Shown here: in pieces, positions 33,476 through 46,143 of the stretch
Numbering within the stretch: position 1 is the first letter of the stretch
Layout: every line of letters begins with the position of its first letter
NCBI GenBank assembly: GCA_963772725.1
Contig: CAVYYI010000001.1
Span: 64,001-128,000, forward strand
From: an uncultured Phycisphaerales bacterium
GTDB lineage: Bacteria; Planctomycetota; Phycisphaerae; Sedimentisphaerales; Anaerobacaceae
Length of the DNA stretch: 64,000 bases
Direction of reading: 5' to 3'
The notes under the pieces: model-generated
What the model was told of the DNA's origin: nothing
Database searches by the model: none
What the model saw: the letters and a program-made list of their open reading frames with translations, nothing else
Program-made: the position numbers and the translations under genes

Positions 33476-36400
33476 ATGATTCGTTTGAAATTAACAGTTT
33501 TAATAGTTTTTGTTTTATTATCAGTTTTAGTCAGTAATGGCTGGGGGGCGACATATACTTGGGACCACAGCGGAACTGACAGGCTCTGGAAAACGGCGGC
33601 TAACTGGTCAACGGATATTGTACCGACCAGCGCCGATAATGCCCAGATAGATACATCCGGTGCAAACAAACCGATTATTGATTCGACACACACCGGCGCT
33701 AGTCAAGCAACGTGCGCCAACGCTTATTTGGGGTACGGTTTAGGCGCCACAGGCGAACTTTCCATGACAGGCGGCCTGTTGAATGTAGCAAGCAGTTATG
33801 TAGTACCCGGATACAGCGGCACAGGTACAATTACAATAAGCGGCGGTACGCTTGATGCGAGCGCTGCCAACGGCATCGTTGTCGGCTGGTATTCCGGCAG
33901 TACCGGCACACTTACTATTAGCGGAGGCAGTGTGAACGCCAACAAGGCCGCAGGTTCGGGCATCAGATGCGGCTATAAAGGCAGCGGTACCATAAATATG
34001 ACCGGCGGTTCCGTCCTGGCTCTTAAGATGACAGTTCCCTACGATGTCAACGGTATGGGCCGACTGCATTTGGATGGCGGTATTATTGAACTGACATCCG
34101 GTACTTTTTCAATAGGCGATAATGGCATAGTTGACATCAACGGCGGCACACTGATAATAAGCGGCGACGTAACATCGACAATAACCACATATATCGGAGC
34201 CGGCAAATTAAAAGGATATGGCGGCAGCGGTACCATTAATGCAAGTTATAATACTCCATATTCAGGAAAAACAACTGTAACAGCAGCAATAGATGCCAAT
34301 GTTATTGTGCTTGAAAACACTGCATATAAAGTTACACATAACCCTGATTTTACTTTTGTGGTTAAAGAAAAAAGTACGGGAGTATCCGCAGCATTTACTC
34401 CGACATTCACTATTTTCAAGAACGCATCTTCACCTGGCAAAAACACAACGACTGCCGCTGAAAAATCCAGCTATCCGGTTCTTGCATGGAACAGTAACGC
34501 TAATCTTTTCGATGCCCCCGGAACGCAAACCACAATAACCCCGACATCATACAGTTTAAGTTCAGGCAAAATAAACTGGATATTTCCCTCACAGAGCGGA
34601 TACAGCCTTGCCGCCAATATAGAGGTTTTGTCCGGTACGGAATTGCCGAAGATTTCATACACTCTCAGCTCGACTTCTTCCAATTACTATTCTGTCGGTT
34701 ATACCGGTACACCTGAGGAGCTGGCTGCGGACGTTAACTGGATATGGCAGCCTATGATATGGCAAAGTCTGCGATTTCCTGAAAATTCTTATCTGACGCA
34801 GGAAAGTCTGTGCAGTATTCCTGCGGTTCTTATCGGCAAAAGCGGAACGGCCATAGGCGTTGCAGCCGATGCAAACGAGCAGCCTTTCAGAATGCCGACT
34901 ACGGCCAATTCCCGCTTTGGCGTTATAGTTCGCAATGGCTCCGGAAATGCACAACCGATGCTCTTTGCACCGATTTACGGCGGAACAAACTCACAAATAA
35001 CTAACGGCAATTCGTTCTCTTTCAGCTTACGATTGTTTGTAAAGCAGGGTGACTGTTACAGCAGCTTCAAACAATTGGCGACCGGCCTTTACAAATTCAG
35101 CGATTATCGCCAAAACAGTTTGTGTTCGTTGAACACAACCCTCGAACAACCTGGCGGATTTTATAATGAATACCACCGGAAATAATTATTCCTACTGGTA
35201 TTCCAACCAGAAGGCAAACGGTTACCAGAACGATATGCCCGGTTACGCCCGCCAGCAGTCTGCGGCGGTTTGGCTTTCGATTGCGATGGTTAGAGACGAC
35301 CCCAACTTCTTTATTGAGAGAAGTCTGCCTTCGATAGAATTTATGGCATCTCGTAAAGATCATATTATCAAGTTAGACGGCGGCGAAGATGATATGGGAG
35401 GTCCTACCGGCAGTGCTACCGATTGGTGTTCGCTGAATGTTATGAGCGGCAAAAAATGTTATGTATTCCGCAGGTTTGCCGAGGAAATGGGAGGCGACCT
35501 CAAAAATGCGGTCAACCCTAACGCAACATATACGAGGCAGCAGGCTCTGGATAATGCGAAGATGCTGGACGAATTGGTTGCAACATACCGAATGACAGGC
35601 GATGCATACTATCTTACCGAAGCCCGCAAGGCAGCAGATGATTATATCTATTGGCGTCTGGAGCGGGAACAGCCTGATTTCTATGGCACCGGCGGCTTCT
35701 GGGCGCAGGTCGGCCCGATGTGGAATTACCTTGAACTGATATACGATGAGACCAAAGACGTAAATTATATTACCGGCGCCGCTGCCGCGATGGAAGAGTT
35801 TACGGAATTTATCAATTTTACGCCGGTGGTTCCGGATGGAAATATAACCGTTAATAATGAAACTGTACCGGCGTGGCGAGTTGCGGAGGCCGGCATGATT
35901 GAAGAAAGCATCGGCTCCTGTAGCTCGCATCGCGGTATTTCCATGGCTCCACACGCAGGCAACCTCAGCAGGCTCGCTCATTACAGCGGCGACACATTCT
36001 TTCGCGATATTTCGCGTTCGGCTATTATTGGCCGTTATGCGAATTATCCTGGCTATGCTTATCGAAACTACTACACAACAGAATATGAAAAACCGGATTA
36101 TCCGCTCAAGTCTTATGAGGACTACAACAATACCGCTCATTTCAATCACCCGGCACCAATGTGCACTTACATGATAGACTACATGGTCTCCGATGTTTTT
36201 TATCGTTCGAATGGAAATATCACATTCCCATCGCAGTACACTTCGACGGGTGGCTATTTCGAAGGCAAAGTGTATGGTGACAGGCCAGGGAGTTTTTATG
36301 GAGAACCGAATGTTTGGCTGTGGCTGCCGAAAGGTCTGATTAGTATGAACAATATTCAGATTAATTACATTGCCGGTTATGGCAATGGAAAACTTTACCT

Positions 36401-37970
36401 TGCACTTAGCAATCAATCCACCACCAGCCTGTCAGTTACAGTTACCTTAAACAGCAGTCTGGTGCCTTACGGAACTTCGAACACAGCCAGACTGTGGAAA
36501 GAAAATGTTAGAGATGTCAATGCAACGGTTACAAATGGCCAGGTAACTGTCGATATCGCCGCAAAAGGCATTACTGCGATAGCGATTGATAACATTAATA
36601 TTACTACTAAGTTTCAGTCTAAATATGCCAACGATACTTCCGATGCAGTATCTACGGGAAGCTATGGCGAGACTATGACTTCGTACGGCAAAGTTGCAGG
36701 TATGATTATCAAGTTAAGCCGGCAGCTTACAAGCGCCTACGTTTACACCGATGCGGATTGTATCAGCGACCTGAACTCTGCAACGTTGCATTATTCCACA
36801 AATAAAGGCAGCTCGTGGAATACATCTACGGATTCTTTGTATCCATTTGAATTTACGGTTTCGCTGCCGGATGCCAATGTCAGCGAATTCAGATTTTATG
36901 TCGAGGGAGTAAAAAGCGGCGGCAGCTATATAAATTCCTCCACCGTAATACTGGATATATATTCGGATTGTGCTTTTATCGACAGGCTGGCGGACACCTC
37001 AGAGGATATTTCTACAACGCCGGTACTCCGCTGGTTTGCCGGCACCAAGGCCGCTTCGCACAACGTTTACTTTGGCACATCTTTTGCCGATGTCAACAGC
37101 GCCACAACCGCTTCAGCGGCATTTAAAAATAACCAATCAGCAACTGCTTATCCGACAGGCACGCTTAATCCAAACACTACTTATTACTGGCGAATCGACG
37201 AAGTCAACAGTACAACTGTTTGGAGAGGCACAGTCTGGAGCTTTAGAACAAGAGTGGCTAACCCCAGTTTGATTAGTTCCGCCGGTTTTACCGCCACAGC
37301 ATCCGACACCTATACCGGTCGTGACCCTCTTTACGCTGTAAATGGTGCAGGTATGACCGGTAATGCTCACAATAGCGATGCAGCCAACAGTAAAATGTGG
37401 ATGGGCGCAAATAGTACGTTGTCGAAATGGTTTAAGGTTAACCTTGGTGCAAGTTACGTTCTGGATTTTATGGACATCTGGAATTTAAACTGGGCAGGTT
37501 ATACTGACCGCGGCAGCAAGGGAATAATGGTTTACTATTCAAATTCCGTATCTGACCCCGGCAACCCGATTGATAATCCTGATAACTGGACGTTTGTTAC
37601 CACAGCAATGCCGTGGACGCTTCTGGAGGCTCCCGGCGCCAATGATTATGGCACAACCAATATCATCAGGCCTGACGTTGTGAGTTTCGGCAGTACAGTA
37701 ACAGCCCGATGGGTGGCGCTCAAGATTACCACCTACTATGGCGGCAGCTATTGCGGTCTGAGTGAAATACGATTTTACAAAAGAACTCTGCCAGGCGATT
37801 TCAATCATGACGGTAAGGTTGATATTAAAGATATAGCAACGCTTGCCCTGCACTGGCTCGAAGATGGGCATGTTGGCCAAAATTGTCCGCAAATTCCGAC
37901 AGGAGACCTCAATGATGATTGCAGGGTTAATTTTATTGACTTTGCGATAATGGCCTTGGACTGGTTATGA
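33476..37970 (+). CDS. Large secreted modular protein with unassigned core (frameshift near 35150)
   Basis: Signal peptide, beta-repeat N-terminus, core (RNGSGNAQPMLFAP, GRYANYPG, WLP…QINYIAGYGNGKLYLAL), Fn3-like, discoidin-like, dockerin-like. Confidence 0.85.
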
Positions 37971-38004
37971 TGCGAAATATAAAAAAATTATAAGGAAGAA
38001 TATT

Positions 38005-41000
38005 ATGATTCGTTTAAAATTAACAGTTTTAATGGTTCTTGTTTTATTATTATCGGTTTTGGCCGGTAATGGCTGGAGTGTTACATACACGTGGGACCAT
38101 GGCGGCGCTGGCAGGCTTTGGAAAACGGCAGCCAACTGGACATCGGATACTGTGCCGACAATCGCAAATGATGCGAGGATTAAGGATACCGGCTCAGATA
38201 AGCCGGTTATCGATTCGACTCATACCGGCGTCAATGCTGCAATATGTAGCAACCTGCAGATAGGATATAATGCCGGCGAAACAGGTGAAGTTTCAATGAC
38301 CGGCGGAGAGTTGATTTGCAATACCAAGCTCTTGTGCGGCTATAATGGAGCAGGCACTTTTACGATGAGCGGAGGCAGTATTGCAGTTACAACTTATGAT
38401 GTTGATATCGGCGCTGCCGCCAGCGGCACAGGCAGCACATTTAATATCAGCGGCGGTACCGTTAATCCGGCAAGATACTTTCGTCTTGCTCATCTCAGCC
38501 CCGGCGCCCTTAATATGACCGGTGGTTTGATTAAGGCTACTGGCGGCAATACCATCATTGGACAGGCCTCATTCGGAAAGGGTATAATAAATATCAGTGC
38601 CGGAACCATAGATGCAACAGGCCAGCTTATCAGGGTCGGTTATAACACCCATGCTATCATCCACATGACAGGTGGTCAAATCGAGGCCGGAGATTTGCAT
38701 ATTCCGTATTCCGATTCTTACAGCGGTTATGGTGATGTGAATCTGTACGGCGGCACCATTCACACCGCCGACTTCTGGATGGGCAGCAACGGCAATATGG
38801 ATATACAGGCAGGGACGCTCATAATAGATGGTGATGTAACATTGACAATAAATCCATATATCTTATCGGGTAAAATCAAAGGGTATGGCGGCGATGGTGC
38901 CGTCAACGTAAGCTACGATACCCCCAACGCGGGCAAAACCACTGTAACAGCAATATCGCAGCAAGCCTATAACCCAAGTCCTGCAAACGGCGCTACAGAC
39001 GTATTGAGAACGGCAGACCTGAGCTGGGTTGCCAGAGTAGGGGCTTCAACACATGACGTTTACTTCGGTACGGTTTTCGCAGATGTTAATAGTGCTGATA
39101 CCAGTTCATCGGTTTTCAAATGTAATCAGGCCGGCACAACTTATGACCCTGGCACTATGGACTCAAAAACTATTTACTATTGGCGAATTGATGAAGTCGG
39201 CGGCAGCACCGTCAAAGGCAATGTCTGGAACTTTAAGACAGAATCACCTCCACCCAAGGTTACCAATCCTTCACCAGCAAATTCATCGACAGGTATAGGC
39301 AGAACGGTTGACCTTAGCTGGACTGCATCGTCCACTGCTGCAAGCTATAACGTTTATTTAGGCACGGTCTTTGCGAATGTCAATACCGCTACGACTTCTT
39401 CTTCGGTATTTAAGGGCAACCAGACGGGGACAACTTATGATACAGGCACTATGGATGTAAATATCACCTATTATTGGCGTATTGACCCGGAAAATACCAT
39501 CGGTGTTACGAAGGGCGATGTTTGGAACTTTAAGACAATTGCCGGTAATGCCGGTAACCTTACTCTCGAAAACAGCGCCTATAAAGTTGTGCAGGATTCG
39601 AATCTTGTTATATCGGTAACAAATAAAGGTTCAAATACCACCTTGCAATTCATTCCAAAATTTACAGTAATATATAATCCTGCTCAACCGACATTATCGT
39701 CAACCAGTGATATGGTTGCAGAATGGGCCGGCACCGGGCAAAATCTTTATGCTACAGGCACAAATACTACGCTCAATGCAACTAAGGCAGAGATAATAGA
39801 CGGCAAGCTGGTCTGGACGTATACGGCACAGCCTGATTTTGATTTAAGCGCATCGCTGGATTTGTCAACCGAGTTTAATGAGCCTGCGTTGAGATATACT
39901 CTAAAGGCCAAGAATGCCGGCTGGTTTATGCTCGGTTATACCGGCGCTCCAGAGACTAATCCCAATACGATGGAGAAGTTTCATCAGCCGACGATGTGGG
40001 GCGACAGTGTCGTTAAACCTCCGGACTGTTCCGCTCCTGTTTTCCCGACTATACCGAAATTCTGCCAGGAATTTCTCTGCCCGCTTCCTGCGGTTATGAC
40101 AAGAGATGTTAATGGTGTGGATTGTGCGGTAGTCGTCAGTCCGGATTATCAGTCATTCCGACTGCCGCATTACAAGAACGTCGAATTCGGCCTTTGCATC
40201 AGGAATTTAGACGGCAAGGCCCAGCCGATGATTTTCTCACCGGAAATGGGCGCACAGGAAGCGAATCTGCCGACCGATAAGGATTCATATCTGGCAGTGG
40301 ATGAGACTCACTGCTTTGGTGTTCTGTGGGTTGTGGATAATTCCTCATGGTCTGACTTTTATCGAGGTATAGTCAAAAACATCTTTAAATTCAGGGACCA
40401 GCGGGATAACAGCGGGCCAGGTTCTTTGAACGAATTGCTGGCTAATATAACTGATTACGCAATGGACGCCGACGGCAATAACTACAATATGTGGGACTCC
40501 AACCAGAAATGCAACGAGTACTTTATTGACCAGCCGTATTCATTCAAGATTCTGGGCGGATTATTTGCAATCAATTCAGCGATAGTCCTGGACAACAACG
40601 AGATGTTCTGGTCCCGTTCCCTTCCCCAGGTTGAATACTGCATAAGCAGAGAGGAACAGTATTTCCATCCTTATGATTATCCTTACAATACACAGATGAC
40701 GTACAACAATAATATGAACGGCCCATGGATGAGCGGAATAGATTTGGGAACTTTGTACCGGCTCACCGGAGGTCGTACCACTGCATTTAAGACCTATTCT
40801 ATAGAAAAAGGTCATACCAACCAAAAAAACGTGTTCTACCAGTCCCTCGAATGGTATCGCCTCTATGGTGACCCCTCTGAACTGTCATACGCTATTACCG
40901 GCGCCTACTACTCCATGAATACCAGTCACTACCACGTTGCAGATTTTCAACAGTTCCTGGAGATGTATGAGGAAACCGGGGATTCTAAATACTTAGATAC

Positions 41001-42777
41001 GGCAAAAACTTATGCATACCAGTTTATGTCGACTCTCAACACTTCACCAAGGGTTCCAGATGATAATTACCTCGTCGATGAAAATAACGAGGCCCCTATA
41101 CATTTCCAGACTCCCGGCAGGCATGCGGCGTGGGGGTATCCTCCACCCCAGCATATGTACGCTCCCCAGCAATCGGTACCATCGTGGCGTGTAGCGCTTA
41201 CCGGTATGCAGCCGGAGACATGGAGGGCATTTACATTCGAGGAATATCCCGGCAGATTGATGCGGCTAAGCAGATATGCAAACGACGACTTTATGCGTGC
41301 TATGGCACGCTGGGCAATCGTCGGCAGATGGGCGAATTATCCTTCCCAGATGTTCACAAGGAATTATTCGCTGGTCTATGAGCAGGATGACTTCTGCATG
41401 CACCCGCTGGAGTATATGACCTTCAGTTCAATGCACATGTGGCATCACTGGATGTATATACCCTGGACGATTGATTTTATGGTCAATGATACAATCGTTA
41501 AATCCGACGGCAACATCGATTTCCCGTCTCGAAGAGTATTCGACGGCGGCGCAGGCGGCAGGTTTAATATCTGGGGCGACAGGCCAGGAACGTTCTACGG
41601 CGACGAGAACGTAAACCTTTGGATTCCCAACAACCTGCTAACACTCAGCAGCCAGCAGATTAACTACATCGCAGGTTACGGAAACGGCAAACTTTACCTT
41701 GCACTGTCTAACCAGTCCGCAAGTCCTCTTAACAATATGAGTTTAACCGTGAGTTCCAGCAGAGTTTCTTACGGTGCTTCGCGTAATGTGAAAGTCTGGG
41801 AAAATAACGTTGCTAAACCCGATAAGACCCTGGTAAACGGCACGATGAATGTCGATGTTCCTGCAAGAGGTCTTACTGCTCTGATTATCGAAGATGTCGA
41901 TGCCATAATTGGCAAGGTTCATACCAACCTCTTCGACAAGCCGGCTTACGCACTGACCGACAAAAGCCTTATAAGAGACCTCACAACCGAATCTTTCGGC
42001 AGAATGGTAGGTATGATTATTTCCTTTGGTCCGGAACTTACAGAGGCATACACCTACACTGATGCTAAGAGACCATTATATCAACCAAGCCTTGCTGGTA
42101 AAGGGGGCAACGTTACCCAGGTGACGATGTACTACTCTATTGACGGCGGCTCATGGCAATCAACACCAACAGACACAGTATTCCCGTATGAGTTCTCTGT
42201 TAAGATTAGCCCGGACAGCAACACATTTGCGTATAAATACGAGGTGAGAAACGATAGTAACCAACTCACAACGTCAAGTACATACACTTTGATAGTTACA
42301 CCATATCAGGCCAGCAAACCAAGTCCCGCATATCAGACAACAGAAATATCGACAACGGCCGATTTAAGCTGGAAGGCGGGATACTATGCCGCCTCGCATA
42401 ATGTGTATTTTGGAACATCGCAGGATGCTGTTACTACGGCAACTACTGCTTCATCAGTTTACAAAGGTAATCGAACCAGCAAAACTTATGACCCAGGCAC
42501 TTTAAACGAAGGCGTCACGTATTACTGGCGAGTCGATGAAGTTAACGGTGTCAATATCTGGCCGGGACAGGTCTGGAGTTTTACGACTCACTTGACATAC
42601 GGAGATTTCAATCATGACGGCAAGGTTGACATTGAAGATTTAGCAACGCTTACTTTGCATTGGCTCGAAGATGGACATGTTGGCCAGAATTGTCCGCAGC
42701 AGCCAACAGGAGATTTTAATGGCGATTGCAGGGTTAATTTTAGCGATTTTGCGATAATGGCTTTAGACTGGTTATAA
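38005..42777 (+). CDS. Large secreted modular protein with unassigned core (intact, 1590 aa)
   Basis: Same architecture; three Fn3-like PSPA…YYWR(I/V)D modules; dockerin-like tail. Confidence 0.88.
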   Translation: MIRLKLTVLMVLVLLLSVLAGNGWSVTYTWDHGGAGRLWKTAANWTSDTVPTIANDARIKDTGSDKPVIDSTHTGVNAAICSNLQIGYNAGETGEVSMTGGELICNTKLLCGYNGAGTFTMSGGSIAVTTYDVDIGAAASGTGSTFNISGGTVNPARYFRLAHLSPGALNMTGGLIKATGGNTIIGQASFGKGIINISAGTIDATGQLIRVGYNTHAIIHMTGGQIEAGDLHIPYSDSYSGYGDVNLYGGTIHTADFWMGSNGNMDIQAGTLIIDGDVTLTINPYILSGKIKGYGGDGAVNVSYDTPNAGKTTVTAISQQAYNPSPANGATDVLRTADLSWVARVGASTHDVYFGTVFADVNSADTSSSVFKCNQAGTTYDPGTMDSKTIYYWRIDEVGGSTVKGNVWNFKTESPPPKVTNPSPANSSTGIGRTVDLSWTASSTAASYNVYLGTVFANVNTATTSSSVFKGNQTGTTYDTGTMDVNITYYWRIDPENTIGVTKGDVWNFKTIAGNAGNLTLENSAYKVVQDSNLVISVTNKGSNTTLQFIPKFTVIYNPAQPTLSSTSDMVAEWAGTGQNLYATGTNTTLNATKAEIIDGKLVWTYTAQPDFDLSASLDLSTEFNEPALRYTLKAKNAGWFMLGYTGAPETNPNTMEKFHQPTMWGDSVVKPPDCSAPVFPTIPKFCQEFLCPLPAVMTRDVNGVDCAVVVSPDYQSFRLPHYKNVEFGLCIRNLDGKAQPMIFSPEMGAQEANLPTDKDSYLAVDETHCFGVLWVVDNSSWSDFYRGIVKNIFKFRDQRDNSGPGSLNELLANITDYAMDADGNNYNMWDSNQKCNEYFIDQPYSFKILGGLFAINSAIVLDNNEMFWSRSLPQVEYCISREEQYFHPYDYPYNTQMTYNNNMNGPWMSGIDLGTLYRLTGGRTTAFKTYSIEKGHTNQKNVFYQSLEWYRLYGDPSELSYAITGAYYSMNTSHYHVADFQQFLEMYEETGDSKYLDTAKTYAYQFMSTLNTSPRVPDDNYLVDENNEAPIHFQTPGRHAAWGYPPPQHMYAPQQSVPSWRVALTGMQPETWRAFTFEEYPGRLMRLSRYANDDFMRAMARWAIVGRWANYPSQMFTRNYSLVYEQDDFCMHPLEYMTFSSMHMWHHWMYIPWTIDFMVNDTIVKSDGNIDFPSRRVFDGGAGGRFNIWGDRPGTFYGDENVNLWIPNNLLTLSSQQINYIAGYGNGKLYLALSNQSASPLNNMSLTVSSSRVSYGASRNVKVWENNVAKPDKTLVNGTMNVDVPARGLTALIIEDVDAIIGKVHTNLFDKPAYALTDKSLIRDLTTESFGRMVGMIISFGPELTEAYTYTDAKRPLYQPSLAGKGGNVTQVTMYYSIDGGSWQSTPTDTVFPYEFSVKISPDSNTFAYKYEVRNDSNQLTTSSTYTLIVTPYQASKPSPAYQTTEISTTADLSWKAGYYAASHNVYFGTSQDAVTTATTASSVYKGNRTSKTYDPGTLNEGVTYYWRVDEVNGVNIWPGQVWSFTTHLTYGDFNHDGKVDIEDLATLTLHWLEDGHVGQNCPQQPTGDFNGDCRVNFSDFAIMALDWL

Positions 42778-42796
42778 TACGAAATATGAAAAATTA

Positions 42797-44450
42797 AAGA
42801 CTTCTGCAAAATGAATGATTTTTAGCAGAGGTCGGAACGGATAAACAACGCAATGGCAGTGGAACTGATGGATTATTGCAGCATGAGTGTGAATTTTGGT
42901 TTTTTTAAGGCCAGAAGGCCTGTTTAGAGACAGAGTATCCCCGAGAGTTCTGTCTTAGCTCTTTGAAAAGTTAATCGTTCAACGTCAACTGAGACATCAG
43001 CCGGCCTTGCGTCGGTTTGGTATTTGTGCGAATGTTTTATGGCAACGCATTTTCCCGGGCTGTTTAAGCAATATAGCAGCGGCAACGCCGATAAGACTTG
43101 CCGTCAGATGAGCGATTGTCATCTGATTACGCACGGTTTTCAATGAATAGTGCGTAGTCTGTTCAGCTTCACGGTCTCCTAACCGAGCAAAGTATTGCTC
43201 GACTGATTCTCTTTGCTTGAAAGTTTCCTTAAATTCCCTTGAATCCCTTGGGACACGCGAACGTGCATCTTCAGTGATATCAATGTACTTGGTACAGCCG
43301 TAGCATTTGCCGGTATTGAAGGATGGAAGGTTTACCGGACAGGTGTTACTAAGTTTTTCAGCAGTCTTTTTGCTGACCTTTAAGGGGCAGCGAAACTTGA
43401 TGCGTTCACGATTGCCCTCGGTCCATCTTCCGGTCGACCTCATTTCAAGACCAGCATCACAGATGGGACAGCCGTGAGGGCCAAAAGTCTTGTCATCTTT
43501 CTGATTTCTTGGGTTGATTGGGATATATGGGTTTCCCTTCATCTTTCCAACTATAAAGGTGTACAGGTCTCTGACATCGTAGGCCTTATCCGCAAGAAAC
43601 AGAAAGCCTTTTCTGACCCTGTATCTGCGTTTGAGTTCTTTAAGCAGCTTGAAGGCAACCTGCTGGTCTGTGGTGTTGTTTGGCAGAGTTATTTCAACAA
43701 GCGATATTCCTTGTTTTGAGATTATGACATGTGTCCTGTATCCCCAGAAGAACAGCATGTTTTCCTTTTTGCCGTTGAGGACCTGACAAGAATAATAGCT
43801 CAATGTTGCAGCAGGATTTCGAGTGGGCGTCTTGGTTTTATCGGTGGTGTTTCGGGCGGGATTTTTGAGATTATTTTCTTTTGTGGCAGCCATAACAGGT
43901 TTGGAGTCAATGATCAAGGTATCAAGGCTGACTAATCCCTGTTCGATAAGCCGCTGATTTAGACGGTAATGAATTTCTTTGAGAACAGAGTTATCGGTAT
44001 CTGCCAAGAAACGATAGAATTGGGATTCGTCCGGCATATTCCCGAGCGTAAAGCCGCACAGTTCCAGCAGAGGCGGATTGGCTTGAAGATATTCGATAAG
44101 CTCAGGGACAGATTTTATTTGCTGAAGATGTTTGACGATGAGTGCTCTCAGGATGGCATGTCGTGAGTGACCTGTTCTGCCGACACCGAAGTTTCTGTCG
44201 GGCAGAATGGAAATATCGAGAGCCTGAAAGAGATAGAAGTACTTTCGCAGCAGCGATGAATTTCTGACAAGCTCCTGGAGGTCATAAAATAGTGACGTTT
44301 GAACGTGGTACATAAAAAAATCTCCTTTATTTTGGTTGTAAGTCCTTTTACTGACAACGCTTACATAATATCCAAAATGGAGGAGATTGCAAGAAAAATA
44401 ATGACATAAGTCGTTATTTAACAAATATTTATGAATTTTACAAAAGGCTT
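42797..44450 (-). mobile_element. DDE IS copy 2 (transposase ORF 42997-44424)
   Basis: Near-identical to 1068-2721, same TIRs. Confidence 0.95.
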
Positions 44451-44460
44451 ATAATTATTA

Positions 44461-46113
44461 AAGACTTCTGCAAAATGAATGATTTTTAGCAGAGGTCGGA
44501 ACGGATAAACAACGCAATGGCAGTGGAACTGATGGATTATTGCAGCATGAGTGTGAATTTTGGTTTTTTTAAGGCCAGAAGGCCTGTTTAGAGACAGAGT
44601 ATCCCCGAGAGTTCTGTCTTAGCTCTTTGAAAAGTTAATCGTTCAACGTCAACTGAGACATCAGCCGGCCTTGCGTCGGTTTGGTATTTGTGCGAATGTT
44701 TTATGGCAACGCATTTTCCCGGGCTGTTTAAGCAATATAGCAGCGGCAACGCCGATAAGACTTGCCGTCAGATGAGCGATTGTCATCTGATTACGCACGG
44801 TTTTCAATGAATAGTGCGTAGTCTGTTCAGCTTCACGGTCTCCTAACCGAGCAAAGTATTGCTCGACTGATTCTCTTTGCTTGAAAGTTTCCTTAAATTC
44901 CCTTGAATCCCTTGGGACACGCGAACGTGCATCTTCAGTGATATCAATGTACTTGGTACAGCCGTAGCATTTGCCGGTATTGAAGGATGGAAGGTTTACC
45001 GGACAGGTGTTACTAAGTTTTTCAGCAGTCTTTTTGCTGACCTTTAAGGGGCAGCGAAACTTGATGCGTTCACGATTGCCCTCGGTCCATCTTCCGGTCG
45101 ACCTCATTTCAAGACCAGCATCACAGATGGGACAGCCGTGAGGGCCAAAAGTCTTGTCATCTTTCTGATTTCTTGGGTTGATTGGGATATATGGGTTTCC
45201 CTTCATCTTTCCAACTATAAAGGTGTACAGGTCTCTGACATCGTAGGCCTTATCCGCAAGAAACAGAAAGCCTTTTCTGACCCTGTATCTGCGTTTGAGT
45301 TCTTTAAGCAGCTTGAAGGCAACCTGCTGGTCTGTGGTGTTGTTTGGCAGAGTTATTTCAACAAGCGATATTCCTTGTTTTGAGATTATGACATGTGTCC
45401 TGTATCCCCAGAAGAACAGCATGTTTTCCTTTTTGCCGTTGAGGACCTGACAAGAATAATAGCTCAATGTTGCAGCAGGATTTCGAGTGGGCGTCTTGGT
45501 TTTATCGGTGGTGTTTCGGGCGGGATTTTTGAGATTATTTTCTTTTGTGGCAGCCATAACAGGTTTGGAGTCAATGATCAAGGTATCAAGGCTGACTAAT
45601 CCCTGTTCGATAAGCCGCTGATTTAGACGGTAATGAATTTCTTTGAGAACAGAGTTATCGGTATCTGCCAAGAAACGATAGAATTGGGATTCGTCCGGCA
45701 TATTCCCGAGCGTAAAGCCGCACAGTTCCAGCAGAGGCGGATTGGCTTGAAGATATTCGATAAGCTCAGGGACAGATTTTATTTGCTGAAGATGTTTGAC
45801 GATGAGTGTCTCAGGATGGCATGTCGTGAGTGACCTGTTCTGCCGACACCGAAGTTTCTGTCGGGCAGAATGGAAATATCGAGAGCCTGAAAGAGATAGA
45901 AGTACTTTCGCAGCAGCGATGAATTTCTGACAAGCTCCTGGAGGTCATAAAATAGTGACGTTTGAACGTGGTACATAAAAAAATCTCCTTTATTTTGGTT
46001 GTAAGTCCTTTTACTGACAACGCTTACATAATATCCAAAATGGAGGAGATTGCAAGAAAAATAATGACATAAGTCGTTATTTAACAAATATTTATGAATT
46101 TTACAAAAGGCTT
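44461..46113 (-). mobile_element. DDE IS copy 3, tandem to copy 2; 1-bp deletion near 45808 frameshifts the transposase
   Basis: Separated from copy 2 by ATAATTATTA; the pair is flanked by TSD ATGAAAAATTA (42786-42796, 46114-46124). Confidence 0.95.
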
Positions 46114-46143
46114 ATGAAAAATTACAAAAAGGAGAATATTACG

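Noticed and set aside
44430..44480. Hybrid promoter at the IS-IS junction
   Set aside because: Candidate -35 and -10 hexamers are not at 16-18-bp spacing on either strand.
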